DNA of 64,000 bases, taken from assembly GCF_021869535.1 (NCBI RefSeq), contig NW_026262582.1, forward strand, positions 32,364,001 to 32,428,000, written 5' to 3'. A program made the translations under genes and the position numbers. The DNA comes from Mytilus californianus (lineage: Eukaryota). Each line of letters opens with the position of its first letter. The stretch's first letter is position 1. The notes below the pieces were generated by a model. The model searched no databases, was not told the DNA's origin, and saw nothing but the letters and a program-made list of their open reading frames with translations. Shown piece after piece: positions 39,253-53,244 of this stretch.

Positions 39253-41438
39253 CTAGATGAAGCAATGAGAAATACTTTGCTTCAGAGATTTAGCGTCAAT
39301 GTGAGTCTTTTTCTGTTGTCATTTATAGTAAGCATGGTAAGCAGCAGCTAACAATTTAATGCAAACTTCGAAATAGGGTGATAAATTCACTTAAGGATTT
39401 AGAAAACACAAGAAAACAAAATGAAAAGTGCACATCTCAAATATCTGTTAAAAATATTATTTTGTTAAAATTATTTCTTTTGAATGGTTTGGGAATCATT
39501 ATGAATATCTAATTTAATGACATTGTAATCATTCAACAAGCAATAATCAAACAAATAGAAAATTAGGAGTATTAAATATTGAGTAAAGGGATGTCAAATT
39601 CAAAAATGAGCCACTGAGTGTTTTATATTGAGTGACTCAAGTTTCCTAGTTGTACCCTCTGGACCTGAATAAAAGTAAATCCATAGTTATAAAATATGAG
39701 ATAAAAACACACAAAAAACAATCGAGTTTAATATGAAAATTTTAAAGTTTAATACAAGGTGTTTACTGCTATATGCATTGACAATGCTATGCCACTGATT
39801 AAATTGAATACCAGTAGTTCACACTCGTAACTTATCAGATGTGGGGAAACTGTGGCTTATAGTTGTCTACAAACTTTGATGTAAAGTACGGTCCCACCAT
39901 AAATAATACCATATTGCTAACTCGTTAATTATGTTATTATAGATGTAATGTGTATGTGTTAATGAAATAAGTCATGTAACACAAAATCTTACTTTTTCCG
40001 TCGGTTTTAATAACAATCGAAAATCGAATTGAGCTTATTGAATTGCCATTTTGCCTTGTACTTTTGGAGTTATGATTTACCAAAAATAATATAAAATATT
40101 GTTCATGCGCGCTTGATTTGTTTTTAGTTTTCATAGATTGGGAATGACAATCGATTCGTTAAAGTATAAATTAACTTTATTTCCCCCGTGTTATCGGCAT
40201 TAAAATCGTCAATATGGAAGACTGTGTTTCTGGTAAAAAGTCATTTTTTGTAATTCAGATAAAGGAAACATATTTAATATCTTTGTCACAATTATGTTAT
40301 CTAAGCATTGTTAGAACATATTGAAACTCTAAATGTGTAAAGCTTTTTGATGGAAAGAATGAGATGACAGAATGCATTTTCTATCAAAGATAAGTGTATA
40401 TACATTTACATATAACTATGACATTATAGATGAAGGAATAACGTATCTGGCTTCATATACACGTGTATGAGCTTGACGACTTAACCGATTAAAATGTGCT
40501 GTTATTGTCGGTGAAGCGATTATAGTATGCTCCGTTTTTTTACTCCTTATGAATCAAGTGCGCCGCTAAATTATTGTTTGAGACGACCCCGGTAATTTTT
40601 GCTTTCAGAGTCAGAGTCAACAGTCGGAACCGAGACTTTCCGTAAATCTCTTCTACTCATAATAAGTGTTTATTTCACATGACAAAAACGATTCGCAGTC
40701 ACTGAACCATGAAAATAGCAGTGAACTTATGACTGACTGAACCTGCATCACGTAAAGTATATATTTAAGCAAATATCTACAAGATCAAAATAGCAAAACC
40801 ATGTATAATGCTATTAAACATTTATATTACCATTAATTATAATGGAATGCCAGCCAGATGTGTTATCCTTGTAATTGGTAATCAAGTTATCCACATATTT
40901 GTAGATCATATGTTGCTGACCATTTCTCACATATTCAGATTCTGTCAACAAGTCATAGTATTAAATAAAATAGAAAGCTAAAACGCCAAAATGTGTCAAA
41001 AGGACAATTATTTTTATAAGGGAACAATTAATGGTTCAAGCCCTATTATATTTTTGTTGATGTTTCTTTGCTCTTAAATTGTCCATGTAAGGTTTGCACA
41101 TCGGCTATTCATTTTTTTTTCTGTTGTTACGCATACTTAGTAATTTTCACTTTTTTTTCGGCTCGTTTAATTTTCATAAAATTTTGACAAAATATTTACT
41201 TTGACCCTTTGACAAAAATATCAAAATTTCAAAAAACTTGAACCAGACACTTTATTGGAAAAAATTGGTTGGGTACATAGCAGTTTAACAAGCACTAATT
41301 TTGATCATTGAGAAGCTTCATATTTTCTTAACAATAGAACGTGATTAAAACGTTCAGCTGATTTTACAGAGTTATTTCCCTGTAGTGTTATGTACCACCT
41401 TAAGGCAAGATGAGTTAAAAGTTAGGTAGGAAGCTTAC

Positions 41439-41855
41439 CATGAAAAGAGTATGGTACAATTTCTGCTTGTTCCTGAAAGGTAGAGATATCGGATTCCAAT
41501 CTTATTTTGTCTTCAATTGGTTCTATAACGTCTCTAATTATTTTAACATTGATTCCTGATAATGCCTCTTTCAGTTTCTCATATTTTCCTGGTGCTATCA
41601 TATCTTTCCGTTCCAATATGGACAACAGAGATGACATGTCATTTGCAGCTTTGTTATCTTTAGGAGTCAGATTGAATAAACTCCTAAATGATTTGAATTC
41701 ATGTTCATCTATTGTATCGTCTATATGTTCTGTTAGTGTTGTGATTAATCTTCTATGGCTATCTTGTATGGATCTAGAAGAGGTTAACAGTTTTAAATAA
41801 CGATTTCTCAAAATGATACGTCTACTACTTCTTACAATGCAACTAAATTTGTTTG
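41439..41855 (-). CDS. DED-DED gene exon A: first death effector domain
   Basis: Open frame HRRLITTLTEHIDD...DMSSLLSILERKDMIAPGKYEKLKEALSGINVKII, a DED-like helical pattern. Donor catg|gtaagc is phase 1. The acceptor is ambiguous: 41855 (phase 1) or 41842 (phase 2). Confidence 0.8.
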
Positions 41856-42505
41856 CTGATTAATCAATAACGAATCCTAGACCTAGGAGGATATGTGATA
41901 TTCTTATGCAGGAGAATTTCAGACTATAGATATAAAACATTATTGAGAGAGTGATAGAGTAGATTGTTACCCCGAGAAAGTATTGTCGAAGCCAAGATTG
42001 ACAATGATTATTCGGTGGATAACAATCTGCACCATCACCCGATAAGCTATGTGTTATTTATTGTGCTTTACTTTTTTTTAAATGTTATAGGCCATTATTG
42101 GCTTTTAAATTTTAAATTGAAAAGAATTAACTATGATTCCATGTACATTACAACGTTACAGTTATCAAACAACAAAATTAAAGCAAGATGTATCTATATT
42201 TTAACAGTCTAAGAACATGATTTACATTCATTCTTCACATAAAACACGCATCAAATCATAAAATTTCGTTGGTCGATAGCACTTTGTTATATTTTAAATT
42301 CAGTAAATATTACATGTTACTAAAACACTCATGGTAATATGAACAATGATCGACACTTTGAGTTACCTAGGTCCCAATATTCTTTAAAACACGAGCATGA
42401 AACGACCTAATTTGTGGCTTTGCCATATTACTACTGTAACACTATTATAACAATTCATAGTAAGCACTAGTAAATATTTTACCAAACAAATAATAATAAT
42501 CTCAC

Positions 42506-42986
42506 CGCTCTTTTCTTGTGTTGGGCACATCACTACCCCTGTTCTCTAGACTAGATGGGCTGTTTATTTTGCTTGATGTAGGTGACGAAGAACAGGTACT
42601 TATATCATTCAGGAATGGGCCTGAAATGCTGCCACTTAAAGGTTTTGTTGATTTATTTATCAATGGTGATAGATTAAAAGTTGCTGCTCCTGGCACTATT
42701 TGTGAATCAGGACTTAAAACTCCCTTAGATGCATTTATTATTCTTACTTCTATGAATTGTTCTGCTTCAAAATTTAAGTCTGCATCAGAATCTAAATCAA
42801 TGTAATCTCCAACATCGCTGTCGAATACTTGAAGATGTACATCATTTAAATTAAACTTATTTTTCACACTTTCGTGAATGACATTAAAATTTATTCCATC
42901 AGTCACAGATATTTTTTTCCTTCTTTGGCCATAATACAACAAGAAAAACTTTCGCTCCATGATGCATGTAATTGAAATACAATCAC
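42506..42986 (-). CDS. Intact exon encoding a PB1/ubiquitin-fold-like N-terminal domain plus a Ser-rich linker
   Basis: ttttttacag| and cg|gtgaga; 481 nt, phase 1 to 2; ATG at 42960. MERKFFLLYYGQRRKKI...LQVFDSDVGDYIDLD has an N-terminal basic cluster and an acidic OPCA-like motif. The fold is inferred from pattern only. Confidence 0.65.
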
Positions 42987-44388
42987 CTGTAAAAAACAAA
43001 ATCAAATTAACAAATTTAAACAAAATTAATGATAGTTTAAGTCAAACTAAACATGTATATTCAAATGTTACCAGAAAAAGGTTAAGGAACAAAATGTTTC
43101 CAGTTTTCAAGTATCCACAATTATTTTACTTATAGTTTCAAGTCAATACCTGAAGAAACGTGTAATGCTTTTAACATGTTTAAGCCAGATACAGGAGTAA
43201 CCAAATGCGAAACATTACTATACAGTACTGATAACACATGTTCTTTCTACTGTGCGCTTGTACAATGCATCCATTGCATCACCTACATCAAATGGTTAAG
43301 CATGACGAAATTGTGTCCTTAAAGAGGCACTAGCTGTCAAATTCATGTTCACCTATTTGACTCAAATTCTTATACAATGTATTTGATTTATATCCAACGT
43401 AAAACATTTATCCAAATTATAAAAAGTCTAAAATAAACAATTTACAGGGCATGAGCTCGATAATATGTAGCTTCGTTTCGCGTGTATTTTAGTCTTGACG
43501 CCATCTAATTAACTATCGAGTTGACCTCCGAATACCTTCTGGTCATATAAGCGATATAAACATAAATATAGATATAAATATAAAGTGAACTCGTGTTATT
43601 GGATTCTTCTAGGTTTGTTAAATTTTATATTATAGATTAAAAATATATGCTAATCATCGTTTTTACCTGCATAAGAATGAGTTTTTGTGGATTGAATCAG
43701 TAAATTAAATGATTTATCTATGTTTCACTTTCAATGTTGACATTCTTTTCCTTTAAATAATTTTTAAAACACGCACAATGCATGCGTTATCCATCTCTAG
43801 GTAAGGAGTTAAATTAAAGTTCACATGAATACGGATTCAATGAGGTCGAATTATTCACTTGCAAGTGAATAATTCAGCATCAATATTTGTTAGCTTATTT
43901 TAACAAAATTGTTACAAATGTATGGTCTTTTGTCTGAGTCAGAAATTGATTTTTTGGGGTTTTTTTTTCGACGCTATCAATCAAAGTATATTTTTCAGAA
44001 TTTGGATTCAGAATATATTGTTTTTGTCATTTGCATGATCACAATATTTTTTTCCGTCAAATTGGGGATCGGGGTATTATCGATACATTTTTTTTGTTCA
44101 TGTGTTGCTTTTTGATTCATATTAAAACATTAAAATATATATACACTTAACCTACTGTAACATTATCTTTGTTTCTATATACTGTGTAACCCTAAAAGTA
44201 ATAAACCTGTCACAACAATTTAAAAGACATATAACTATGAATTATGCTGCTGATAACAACTTTCTCACACTGAGAGGACAGTTGTACCTTAGTCTTAGAA
44301 CACAAAAATGAAAGGCACTTTATTAAGAAAAAAGGAAAAAAAATATTAATAGCAGTACAAATACACTAACCAATGCAAAACATGATTA

Positions 44389-44671
44389 GGGAGCTACTAC
44401 TAGTAGATTTCTATTGGGGAAGGGGGGCAAGGATGAAAAATTTTGACCTGCATTTTTTTAGTTGTAATTTCTGTCCTGCCTTTAATTTTTACTTTGCACT
44501 CTATTCGTTCCTGTCTTTTTTTACATAAATTGTCATCCTGCCTTTTTTTTTGCCAAGTTGCTCATCCTGCCTTTTGTTTTTTACTCAAAACTTCGGTCCT
44601 GCCCTTTTTCAAATTTCAGCTTGGCCCCCCTGCCAACCCCTTCCCCCAATAAAAATCATATGGTAGCTTCC
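44389..44671. mobile_element. MITE with a TTAA-like target
   Basis: TIRs gggagctac / gtagcttcc, flanks atta and ttaa, and internal tcctgcc repeats. Confidence 0.65.
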
Positions 44672-44824
44672 TTAAGATTTATTCAGCACGAAAATTGTTG
44701 TCAGAATGTCACTTTATTTTGAAACAATGGAAAAATATATATTCATAGCCATTCTCTAACCAAAAAATGATAAAAGATTTATTCATAAACATGTTTTTCA
44801 TGCAGAGACAAGTGACCGCGCGTC

Positions 44825-44935
44825 GGACTGTCGGATTATCATGAGGACTGTCGAACTATCGGGCTGTCGGATTATAGGACTGTCGGATTATAGGATTGTT
44901 GGACTACAGGACTGTCGAATTACAGGTCTGACCCC
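44825..44935 (+). repeat. Minisatellite, unit of about 16 bp (ggactgtcggattata), about 6 copies
   Basis: Read directly. Confidence 0.85.
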
Positions 44936-45368
44936 AATAATTATCAGGGCTTTGTCGTCGTGGAACAATAAATTATGGATTCACGTTAATTCCATGATAT
45001 TCACGCTTTTTTACATACTTGAAATATGCAATAGTTAAGGGGTCAAATCCACAGGCGCTTGTCTCAGAATTTTTTTCTTCTCTTATATACCTATATACGT
45101 GTATAACACAATTTCTCAGACAAATGCATGTGGTAAATCATTACCGGAAATTGTGATAATATTAAAAAAAACAACGTCATAATAAATAAAAGCATGTTCG
45201 GTGCTATGATTCAGCAATTTGTCTATTCATAAAATCTTTAGTTTTGTTGTTGTTACATGATATTATGGAGTACAGAAGTTATAGTTGTCGCTTATTGCAG
45301 TTTCTATTGGCAATGTTTCTTATAATAACAAGGCAGCAGCATTAGTATTCTCTCTGCCGTTGACTGCA

Positions 45369-45640
45369 GGAGGGTAGGAATGCCCTTTACCGTCAGGCGT
45401 CAAACGGTAATTTTCGGCTACCGTTAGTGTCTAATCGGTAAATATTTTGTCGTGATTCGTCAAAATATCCTGATCGTGATTCGTCAGAGATCGTTACCGC
45501 TATTATGGGGGAGGGGGGAAATTACGTGATTCGTCAAAAAAAATTATTTTGTCGTCATGCACCAAAAATTACCGTTAACGTCATTTATCAAGAATTTTTA
45601 CTGTTATTCGTCACGAAGGTAACCCCCATTACAACCCTCC
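45369..45640. mobile_element. MITE with a 4-bp TGCA target duplication
   Basis: TIR ggagggt / accctcc with further partial matches, tgca on both sides, and internal cgtgattcgtca repeats. Confidence 0.7.
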
Positions 45641-48021
45641 TGCAGGTGCCTCAATTTTTAATTATGAAATATATCTAGTTCCTCGATATTTGATTTTGTT
45701 AATGGTAGAAATTCTAACCCATTCGTCCTGAACATGCATGAAATATTTGCCACTGGTCGTTAAGCAACCAACAATCAATCTAACCCATACAAAAATATTG
45801 GTAACATATATCTTATATATTTGGTATGATGTTGCAGAGTTGAACCCGTTTGTAAACCATCTTCACTAACATCCAGTTCTAGTAGTTTGTGCATTTTTCT
45901 GAGTAGATTTTAACAAATATATTAAACTGTGGGTTAGCATTGATAGATTTTTTTAATAATTTGTCAAGATGAAGTTTTTATCCAACTTTTTTTTTTTAAT
46001 GTAAGAAAAATTATGGATCACCGGACTTTTTTTCACGCTACAGGTTGTGCCAAATTGTCAGATTTTGTATAGATTATGCATTGAAAATCAAATTTTGTGT
46101 GATTAAAAAAATCAAATTTTGTGTTATTAAAAGAAAACTACATGATAGAATTTTAAGATAAAATGTGAGAAGATAGCTCTTATAAAATGCTTTTAGATAA
46201 GAAAAAGAAAAAATGGGGTCACCGAACTTGTTTTCGTGCTACATATCAAAAAAGGTAAATTCACAACACTTTCTATTATAAAAATGACTTTGTCTGAGTT
46301 ATCTCCCCTTATTTGACAAAGTTGAAAAATATTAATCCAACATAAATATGGTGATTTTGAGAAATTTCAGCCGTTATTATGATAAAACACACAATTTTCT
46401 ATATTTACATAAACAGTCTTACACATAAATTACATACTACTTTCAAAATTTGCACATTTCATCAAAGATCTAGACCAACGTTATCTGCTACTTCAAAATC
46501 CAAGATGGAGAAAGACCTTAATAAGCTTTCAAATGATATATAATATAGCCGTATTTTAGGAGGGTGCATTAAAGTCGTTAACTAAGCGTCTTTTAGAAAC
46601 TGTCACTCGTCTACTATGCGACAATCCGTATCTATATCAATTGAATGAACACATTTGTATACGCCCGCGTAAAGACGGGACTAACTATGTTATACCATTG
46701 TCCGTCCGTTCGTCCGTCGTCAACACTTTGGACAATTACTTAAAAATCGATTTTTGAACTTTTTATCTAACTTTGACGAATTGTTTAATTCAATATGCAA
46801 ACCAAATACCATTATCATTTACTTATAATAATCTATTATACCCTTCAACTGATCTTAACACTAACTTTAACATGTAATCTATAATGAAGGAGCAGGGCCA
46901 AATAATCCCAGAAAAAATGAGATGTGCAAATACTTAAAAAAAATGCATACAATATATAATTAACGAACCATTCGTGGTTCCCATTAATTTGACCTAATCA
47001 CAAACTTAAAAATTTAAATCTTGGGATTGTCTTAACTACAAGTCAATAGACCATGACTTAGGTGCGGGGTCAAATAATCTCCATGGAAATGAAGTGCTTA
47101 TACAGCTGCATACCAAATATCATTGATGCAGCATGCATGCCATCCGTGGTTCCACTTTACTTTACCAAATCACAAACTTTACACAAGTGATGACGCCTTC
47201 GCCGACGCGGTCGCAAATAGAATATATAGTCTTGCGTTTTTATTTTATTCAGGCGAATCAATGAAATTGAACAAAGTCGATGCAATTTATCTTACAATGG
47301 TCAATGATGGTTAAACATTTCAAACGGCTTTCAAAGTCAAGATGATAGTTATATAATTTATGCTTGTACATGAGTTTAAAAACAATTAATTAATGCCTTC
47401 TTTAATATCTAACCAGTATAATGCATGACACTGAAGGCCATAAAGTGTTTAAGATGACATAAAATGCTATTGCATGGACAAATGTGTCATGAAGTTATAA
47501 TGAAAAGAATTGTTAAATTGAATCTTACTAGTATTTCACTTTCCTCCTAACAAGAACATTTTAAGTTTTTAGTATTCAAACGACACAAACCACATCGAAA
47601 GTGAAGTAGTCTCGTGTTCGACTCGAGTGCTGAAGTTTTTTTTTTTTTTTTTTTTCATCCCAGACTGTGTCAAATCAAAGATTTGAAAACTTGGATTTGC
47701 TGCTCCTACCAGTATATGGTCGCACGTAGAATTAAGAAAAAAAGGTAAGCTCGAACTTAAAAAATTATGTGTCTTGGTGTGTTGGTTTGGTTTTCTATTC
47801 AGTGATACCTTGTGAAATCACACTTTAAATGTCCGACTCAACGTAATGTTTTAGTACAGAGAAGCGTCATCAACGAAAAAAAAAGTTACAATACGAGATA
47901 AGGATCAACGGGCTATCCAGGTCCAATTTATAATATGCATTATCAAACCAGTCTAAACCAGTCTTGAGTAGTGTTACCAAGCAGTGAGAAAAAAACTTAA
48001 CTTTTTCCCTTTTATACTTAC

Positions 48022-48327
48022 CTTTAAAATTATGTCTCGATATTTTTATCTTCTTTGTTTGTGTTTCAAAGCTATAACGACATTTGTAATTACACTGTAA
48101 GTCAGACTCTGTTACGTTGTTGATCTGCACCTTAAATTGGTTATCATTCTTTACAATCTCGCTATACTTAATTGGATCTATTGGATGGCCATTATAACAA
48201 ATCAGTTCAGGACCTTTTGTCCACTGCCTTATAAGTCCTTGGTCGATAATGTCTACATCAGCAACAGTACAAACTAAAGACAGAGGCTCTCCAATTCGTA
48301 TGACCTCTGGTTCAAATGTCCAAAACA
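48022..48327 (-). CDS. Immunoglobulin-like domain exon
   Basis: cttgcag| and aag|gtaagt; 306 nt, symmetric phase 1-1. LVC (B strand), RQW (C strand) and V.INNVTESDL.CNYKC (E/F strands) give the C-W-C Ig signature. Confidence 0.88.
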
Positions 48328-50677
48328 CTGCAAGAGTTGAGATACTTGAATACAAATACTAAAAGTTGAACCCAGAAGTTTATAGACTTATTATACAATA
48401 CAATTATCAAATAATTCTACATTGTATTGCATCTTAGTTGAGAAATGTTGATATAGATCATGTTGATGGCCATAACTAAATCTGGTATTACGATACATAT
48501 CAATTTTGGAATTTTTTATTTGCAATTTTCTTCAACTTCGTGATTATTTATCCTTCCAATTGTTTTAATTCGAGTGACACTGACTTATTAAACTTGCATA
48601 TCATAAAGTAAAGTACCAAGCGCAAAGTACATAATTTTTGCTCGGAACATCATATCCAGTATTTTGGTTGGTTGAATTCTGAGACAGACTACGATAACCG
48701 TGCTCCAAATTTTTTCTTGGGACTTAATACCCAAAAATTTCGGTACCAAACGATTTGATATCATTTTAAAGAATATGTGTCTTCCTTTATCATGTTACTT
48801 ATGTGTGTGTCGTTTTTTATTACTGAGCTGATACATGTAGTAATATAAGGCTTAAAGTTTACTCTACAGATTCAAAAAAGGCATAAGACATTACAGGATT
48901 TAATTGATGCATAAATCACGTCTTCTATTTTCATTTAAATAATTGTCATGAATGGTTTCTTTACAACTTAATGAACAAACAATTTCATTAGTTTTAGAGC
49001 TTTTCACCCCGAATGAACGGTAAAAAACGAAAGTATTTTAAAGCAAGTGCTAACTTTAAAAAAAATCTGCGGAACGGTTATAAATTTTTGAACAACGAGC
49101 TCTGTTTTACATTTTTTAACATTGGAACAGAATTAACATGGTCATCAGTTTGACATTGATGAAAACATGATAAGATCGACATGATTACAATGCAAAAATG
49201 GTATTTATACCCGACCCTATACTCAACTGTAAACACATTTTTTGTGCATTTTATTTGTACATGTTTAGGTCGAAACATGTCTCATTTCTTAACAAATTTA
49301 GGTTGACCAAAGCATGGAAAGTGTTTAGAATTGTGCGCAGGATATTGTTTAGTTTACAAAAAGTAGTGTTTAAATGTTAAACACATTAATTCTAACACAC
49401 ATTTTAAGTGTTTCTATTTAAGACAGGTGTACATGTTTTAAATGTTCTTACTTAAAACTTACCCGGAAACACGTTTAGAAATACACATGACCACAAGGCC
49501 GATTTTTACAGTGTTGCTAAAAAGGGAAAACCATCGACGCCTCATAAATTTCATATAATGTCCAGATATGTATGACTAATTTTGTACGCACTCAGACTGT
49601 TTATTGGTTTCAAACAACGTAGCCAGAACCCAAAATATTAGCAAATTAAAAGTGATTCTAAAATATCTTTTTCTGTTTTACTTTTCTTTAGATACATACC
49701 ATTCGCACTTAATGTGTCTATTATGTGGAACAACAATAAACTCAACTGGATATTATATCGTGCCATTTAATCTGTACCTATAATCACAAAAGAATAATAT
49801 TTAATTTTTATGAAATATAACATGGAAGAGTCTAGCTGGTAAAAAGTTTATTAACGCCTATACTGAATTTATGAATAGTAAAATTATAAACAAACAGTCC
49901 CGTAATCTTCAAGACACAGACAGAGAACACCTACACAAAGACACACTCAACATGCATATCTTGCCAATTCCTTGTACGCTTTTACCCGAATTTTCGACGA
50001 TTTCAAGTTGAAAAGTGACAATTTCTTACTTTTCGTTTTCTATAAAAATAATTTAACTTACGTTACTAAAGGGGTTGTTTGTTTTTGTTTCTAGAAATAT
50101 AAAGTATAAAAGTTCATCTTCATTCCATTTAATTGATAAACATCTATATTTCATAAAGACAAATGTGCGATGTACATAAGGGTTTATTTGAGGACAATGG
50201 GAATTTACGACAGTTTGAAAGGTAATAAAACGATTTTCTAGATATCTTTTTATCAATTTATCTATGACTAGCAGAAACTAAGAAATTTGAACATCGAACC
50301 GACTGCTAACAGCCCGGTTAACAGCCGGTTGGATATTTCATATCGAATAACGAATAACGAACCGGCTGCTAACTTCACATCCATCTTCTTTCTCAAGATT
50401 TTCGGTCTAAGAAAAAACTTTAACTTTCTAAGTATGTTTGATCGGATATGAGCTTTCATTTCGTTTGCATTTTGATTGAACGAGTAGACCAATGGAGGTA
50501 AACACGAGAATGCGTGCTCAAATATCTGAACATGCAGTAAATGAAACTTATTTAAGAAGCAAATTCGAAGTTTTGTCACAAATTGCGATTTTGAAGTTTA
50601 ACCAAAATTTTAAACATATCCGTCAAAACCTGTATCTTGGCATTGCACAAGGTCATGTGTTTCTCTGGCGTCTTCTT

Positions 50678-51470
50678 ACTTAATCCATTGGATTTTGGAT
50701 TTGTACAGTTTGATAATTTAGTCTTAGATGCATGATTTTTTTATAAGTTGTTAGTGGCTTTGCACTAGCTGTCAGTAACTGCATGTACTCTCAGATCTGT
50801 ACTTAGTGTCTTTTTGCTATTGGGGTGTACAAGTACCCGGCCACGTCCACTCTGTGTTTATGTTAATGCGTTTCTATTTGTATCCATCTGATGACATAAG
50901 CCTTTTTCCACTGATTTTTATAGTTCGTTCTTATGTTGTACTGTTACACCACTGTCCCAGGTTAGGGAGAGGGCTGGCGCCTTCAAACTAGTTTAACCCC
51001 GCCACATTCTATATGTGCCTGTCCCAAGTCAGGAGCCTGTAATTGAGTGATTGTCGTTTTTTTGCTGTTTCTCATATTTGTTTTTCGTTTATTGTTTTGC
51101 ATAGTTTGTGCTTATGTTGTGCCGTTACACCACTGTCTCAGGTTATGGGGTTTGGATCCCGCTATCATGTTTAACCGCGCCACATTCTGTGTGTATGTGC
51201 CAGTCCTAGTCAGGAGCCGGTAATTCAGTGGTTTTCGTTTGTTGCTGTGTTACGTATTTGTTTCTTGTTATTTTTTGTACATAAAGTAGACCGTTAGTTT
51301 TTCTCGTTTGAATTGTTTTACATTTGTCATTTCCGGGCATTTTATAGCTGACTATGCTGTTGAAGGCCGTACGGCGTACGGTGACTTTATAAGTGTTAAT
51401 TTCTGTGTCATTCGGTCTCTTATGAAGAGTTGTCACATTGGCAATCACACCACATCTTCTTTTTTTTATA
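50678..51470 (+). repeat. Family E element with an internal duplication (about 50930-51050 / 51110-51240)
   Basis: Collinear with 1-605. Confidence 0.8.
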
Positions 51471-52412
51471 TTAGATTATATCTTATTAGTAGTAAAATTG
51501 AAAAAAATGAACCTTTTGCTTCTTGTAAGTAGCAAGGTGTATGCATTTGATGCAATCATTTAGCTGTTAATTCTATATTTGTTGAAAAAATGCTATAACG
51601 AAGGCTTTACTTAATGAACTGATACTTTCTTAACAGATTTTTTCCCAGCAGTGGGAGTATTTTTCCTATAAAATTCAAGGTTTCATCTTACAGATTATAT
51701 AATAAAATTTTACTGTTCGCGATCAAAATTTCATTGATGAAACCGAGTGCAAAGGGATCGTTTTACGGATTCTACCGGAGAAGCCTCTTGGCCTGAAATC
51801 ATCTCTTCAGATAATAAAGGAAAACCATTCACATACAGACTGATGATGTGCATAAAAATTAATTGAAATATGCAGTTTTATAAATACAAATGAAGGTTAA
51901 CTTTTCTTGCATTCAAGATCACAACCACGAAAACTTTATCATTTGACACACATTAGTGTACAAAATTACATTCTTTAAATTAATGAATCAATGATATGAT
52001 ATACATGTAGACGTACTCTACACAGTGGAGAAGACACCATTGTGCATGAAAAAGTGAACAATTTTCTTACCATTCTTACCATTACTTTCGAAAATTCCGG
52101 AGCATGTAACGTTTATACAATGTATACTTGTATGTATATATCTATATTCGAATAGACTTTTTTTCCGGTTTCCGTTTTTCGGAGAATGTGTAGCATTGTG
52201 TAGTAAAACACTTAGTTTTTGTCTCAAGTATCAATTTCTGGTCATAACAATTTGTCAGTTTTCTTATTTAATCCTTCCTGTAACATATAAAAATCCCCTT
52301 AAAATGTGTTCATATAATTGCTGGATATAGAACAATAAAGTTATTTTTAAATGCCATAATAAAAATATATAAGGATGTTATTGATAAATTTAAGATTAAT
52401 GTGTTTTATTGT

Positions 52413-52530
52413 AGTCCATATAATTATGACGTCTTGCAAGGCTATTTTATTTTCTGAGACGCCTTCCTACGACGGCGTCCCAGAAAAAAAAATTAAAATG
52501 GCCTAACAAGACGTCATAATTATTTGGACT
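52413..52530. repeat. Fold-back palindromic element
   Basis: Arms agtccatataattatgacgtcttg...gagacgcc / ggcgtccc...caagacgtcataattatttggact. Confidence 0.85.
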
Positions 52531-53244
52531 AGTTTTACTGTAGAAATAAAGACAAGAAGAATACGTTGACAAAATAAGGATCAATGGTTATTAGATGCCT
52601 GGTGCACATATTCTTCTTGATTTATTAAAATGAAATGTTTATAACCGAAAAATGTGAGGTCTGTTTAAATTTGCTTGAAAGACTTAGATTATGAAGTTTT
52701 AATCTTCTGTTGCATATCATTCTGTTTTGGCGATCCATTTTCATAAAATTTTCTGGTTTAGTTTCACTATGTACATTGTATACGGTGAATTTGTGTGTTC
52801 CTGTTTGAACATTGTTTTACGACTTTTACAAAGCAACTGATTACTGTTTGCTTCTTTTTTTTTAATTGAAAATGATAACATGGTATTATATCAAACCAGT
52901 TTTCTATATGCCCGCATTCAATGAAGCGCCTGAGATAATCAAACATGTTTTTTCTTCTGTTCGTCGGTCTTCCCATACATCAGCCCTTAGGACAAATATC
53001 AAAATTCTGAAACCTACGACACAATCTACATATATACTGTTTATATTGTGTCACATTTCTAGATTCTTATATTTTAAACTATATATTAAGAGTTGTCTTC
53101 GTCGCAAATTTCGGAATTATAGAATTTGCCAGGACCAAAGTGATGAGCATATTTTGGGTTATGCAAGATATAGTGACGTCTTTTGAATTATTTAGAATGC
53201 GCTGTTACACCTCGAATAAAGTCACAGTATTTAGTGAAATTTAC

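Noticed and set aside
41507-42805. Plus-strand ORFs 41507-41800 and 42518-42805
   Set aside because: They are antisense shadows of the DED and PB1-like exons. The same applies to 39103-39351 and 61866-62069.
51730-51800. C/D-box snoRNA (TGATGA...CTGA)
   Set aside because: The terminal stem is weak and no rRNA-complementary guide is recognisable; the boxes are expected by chance.
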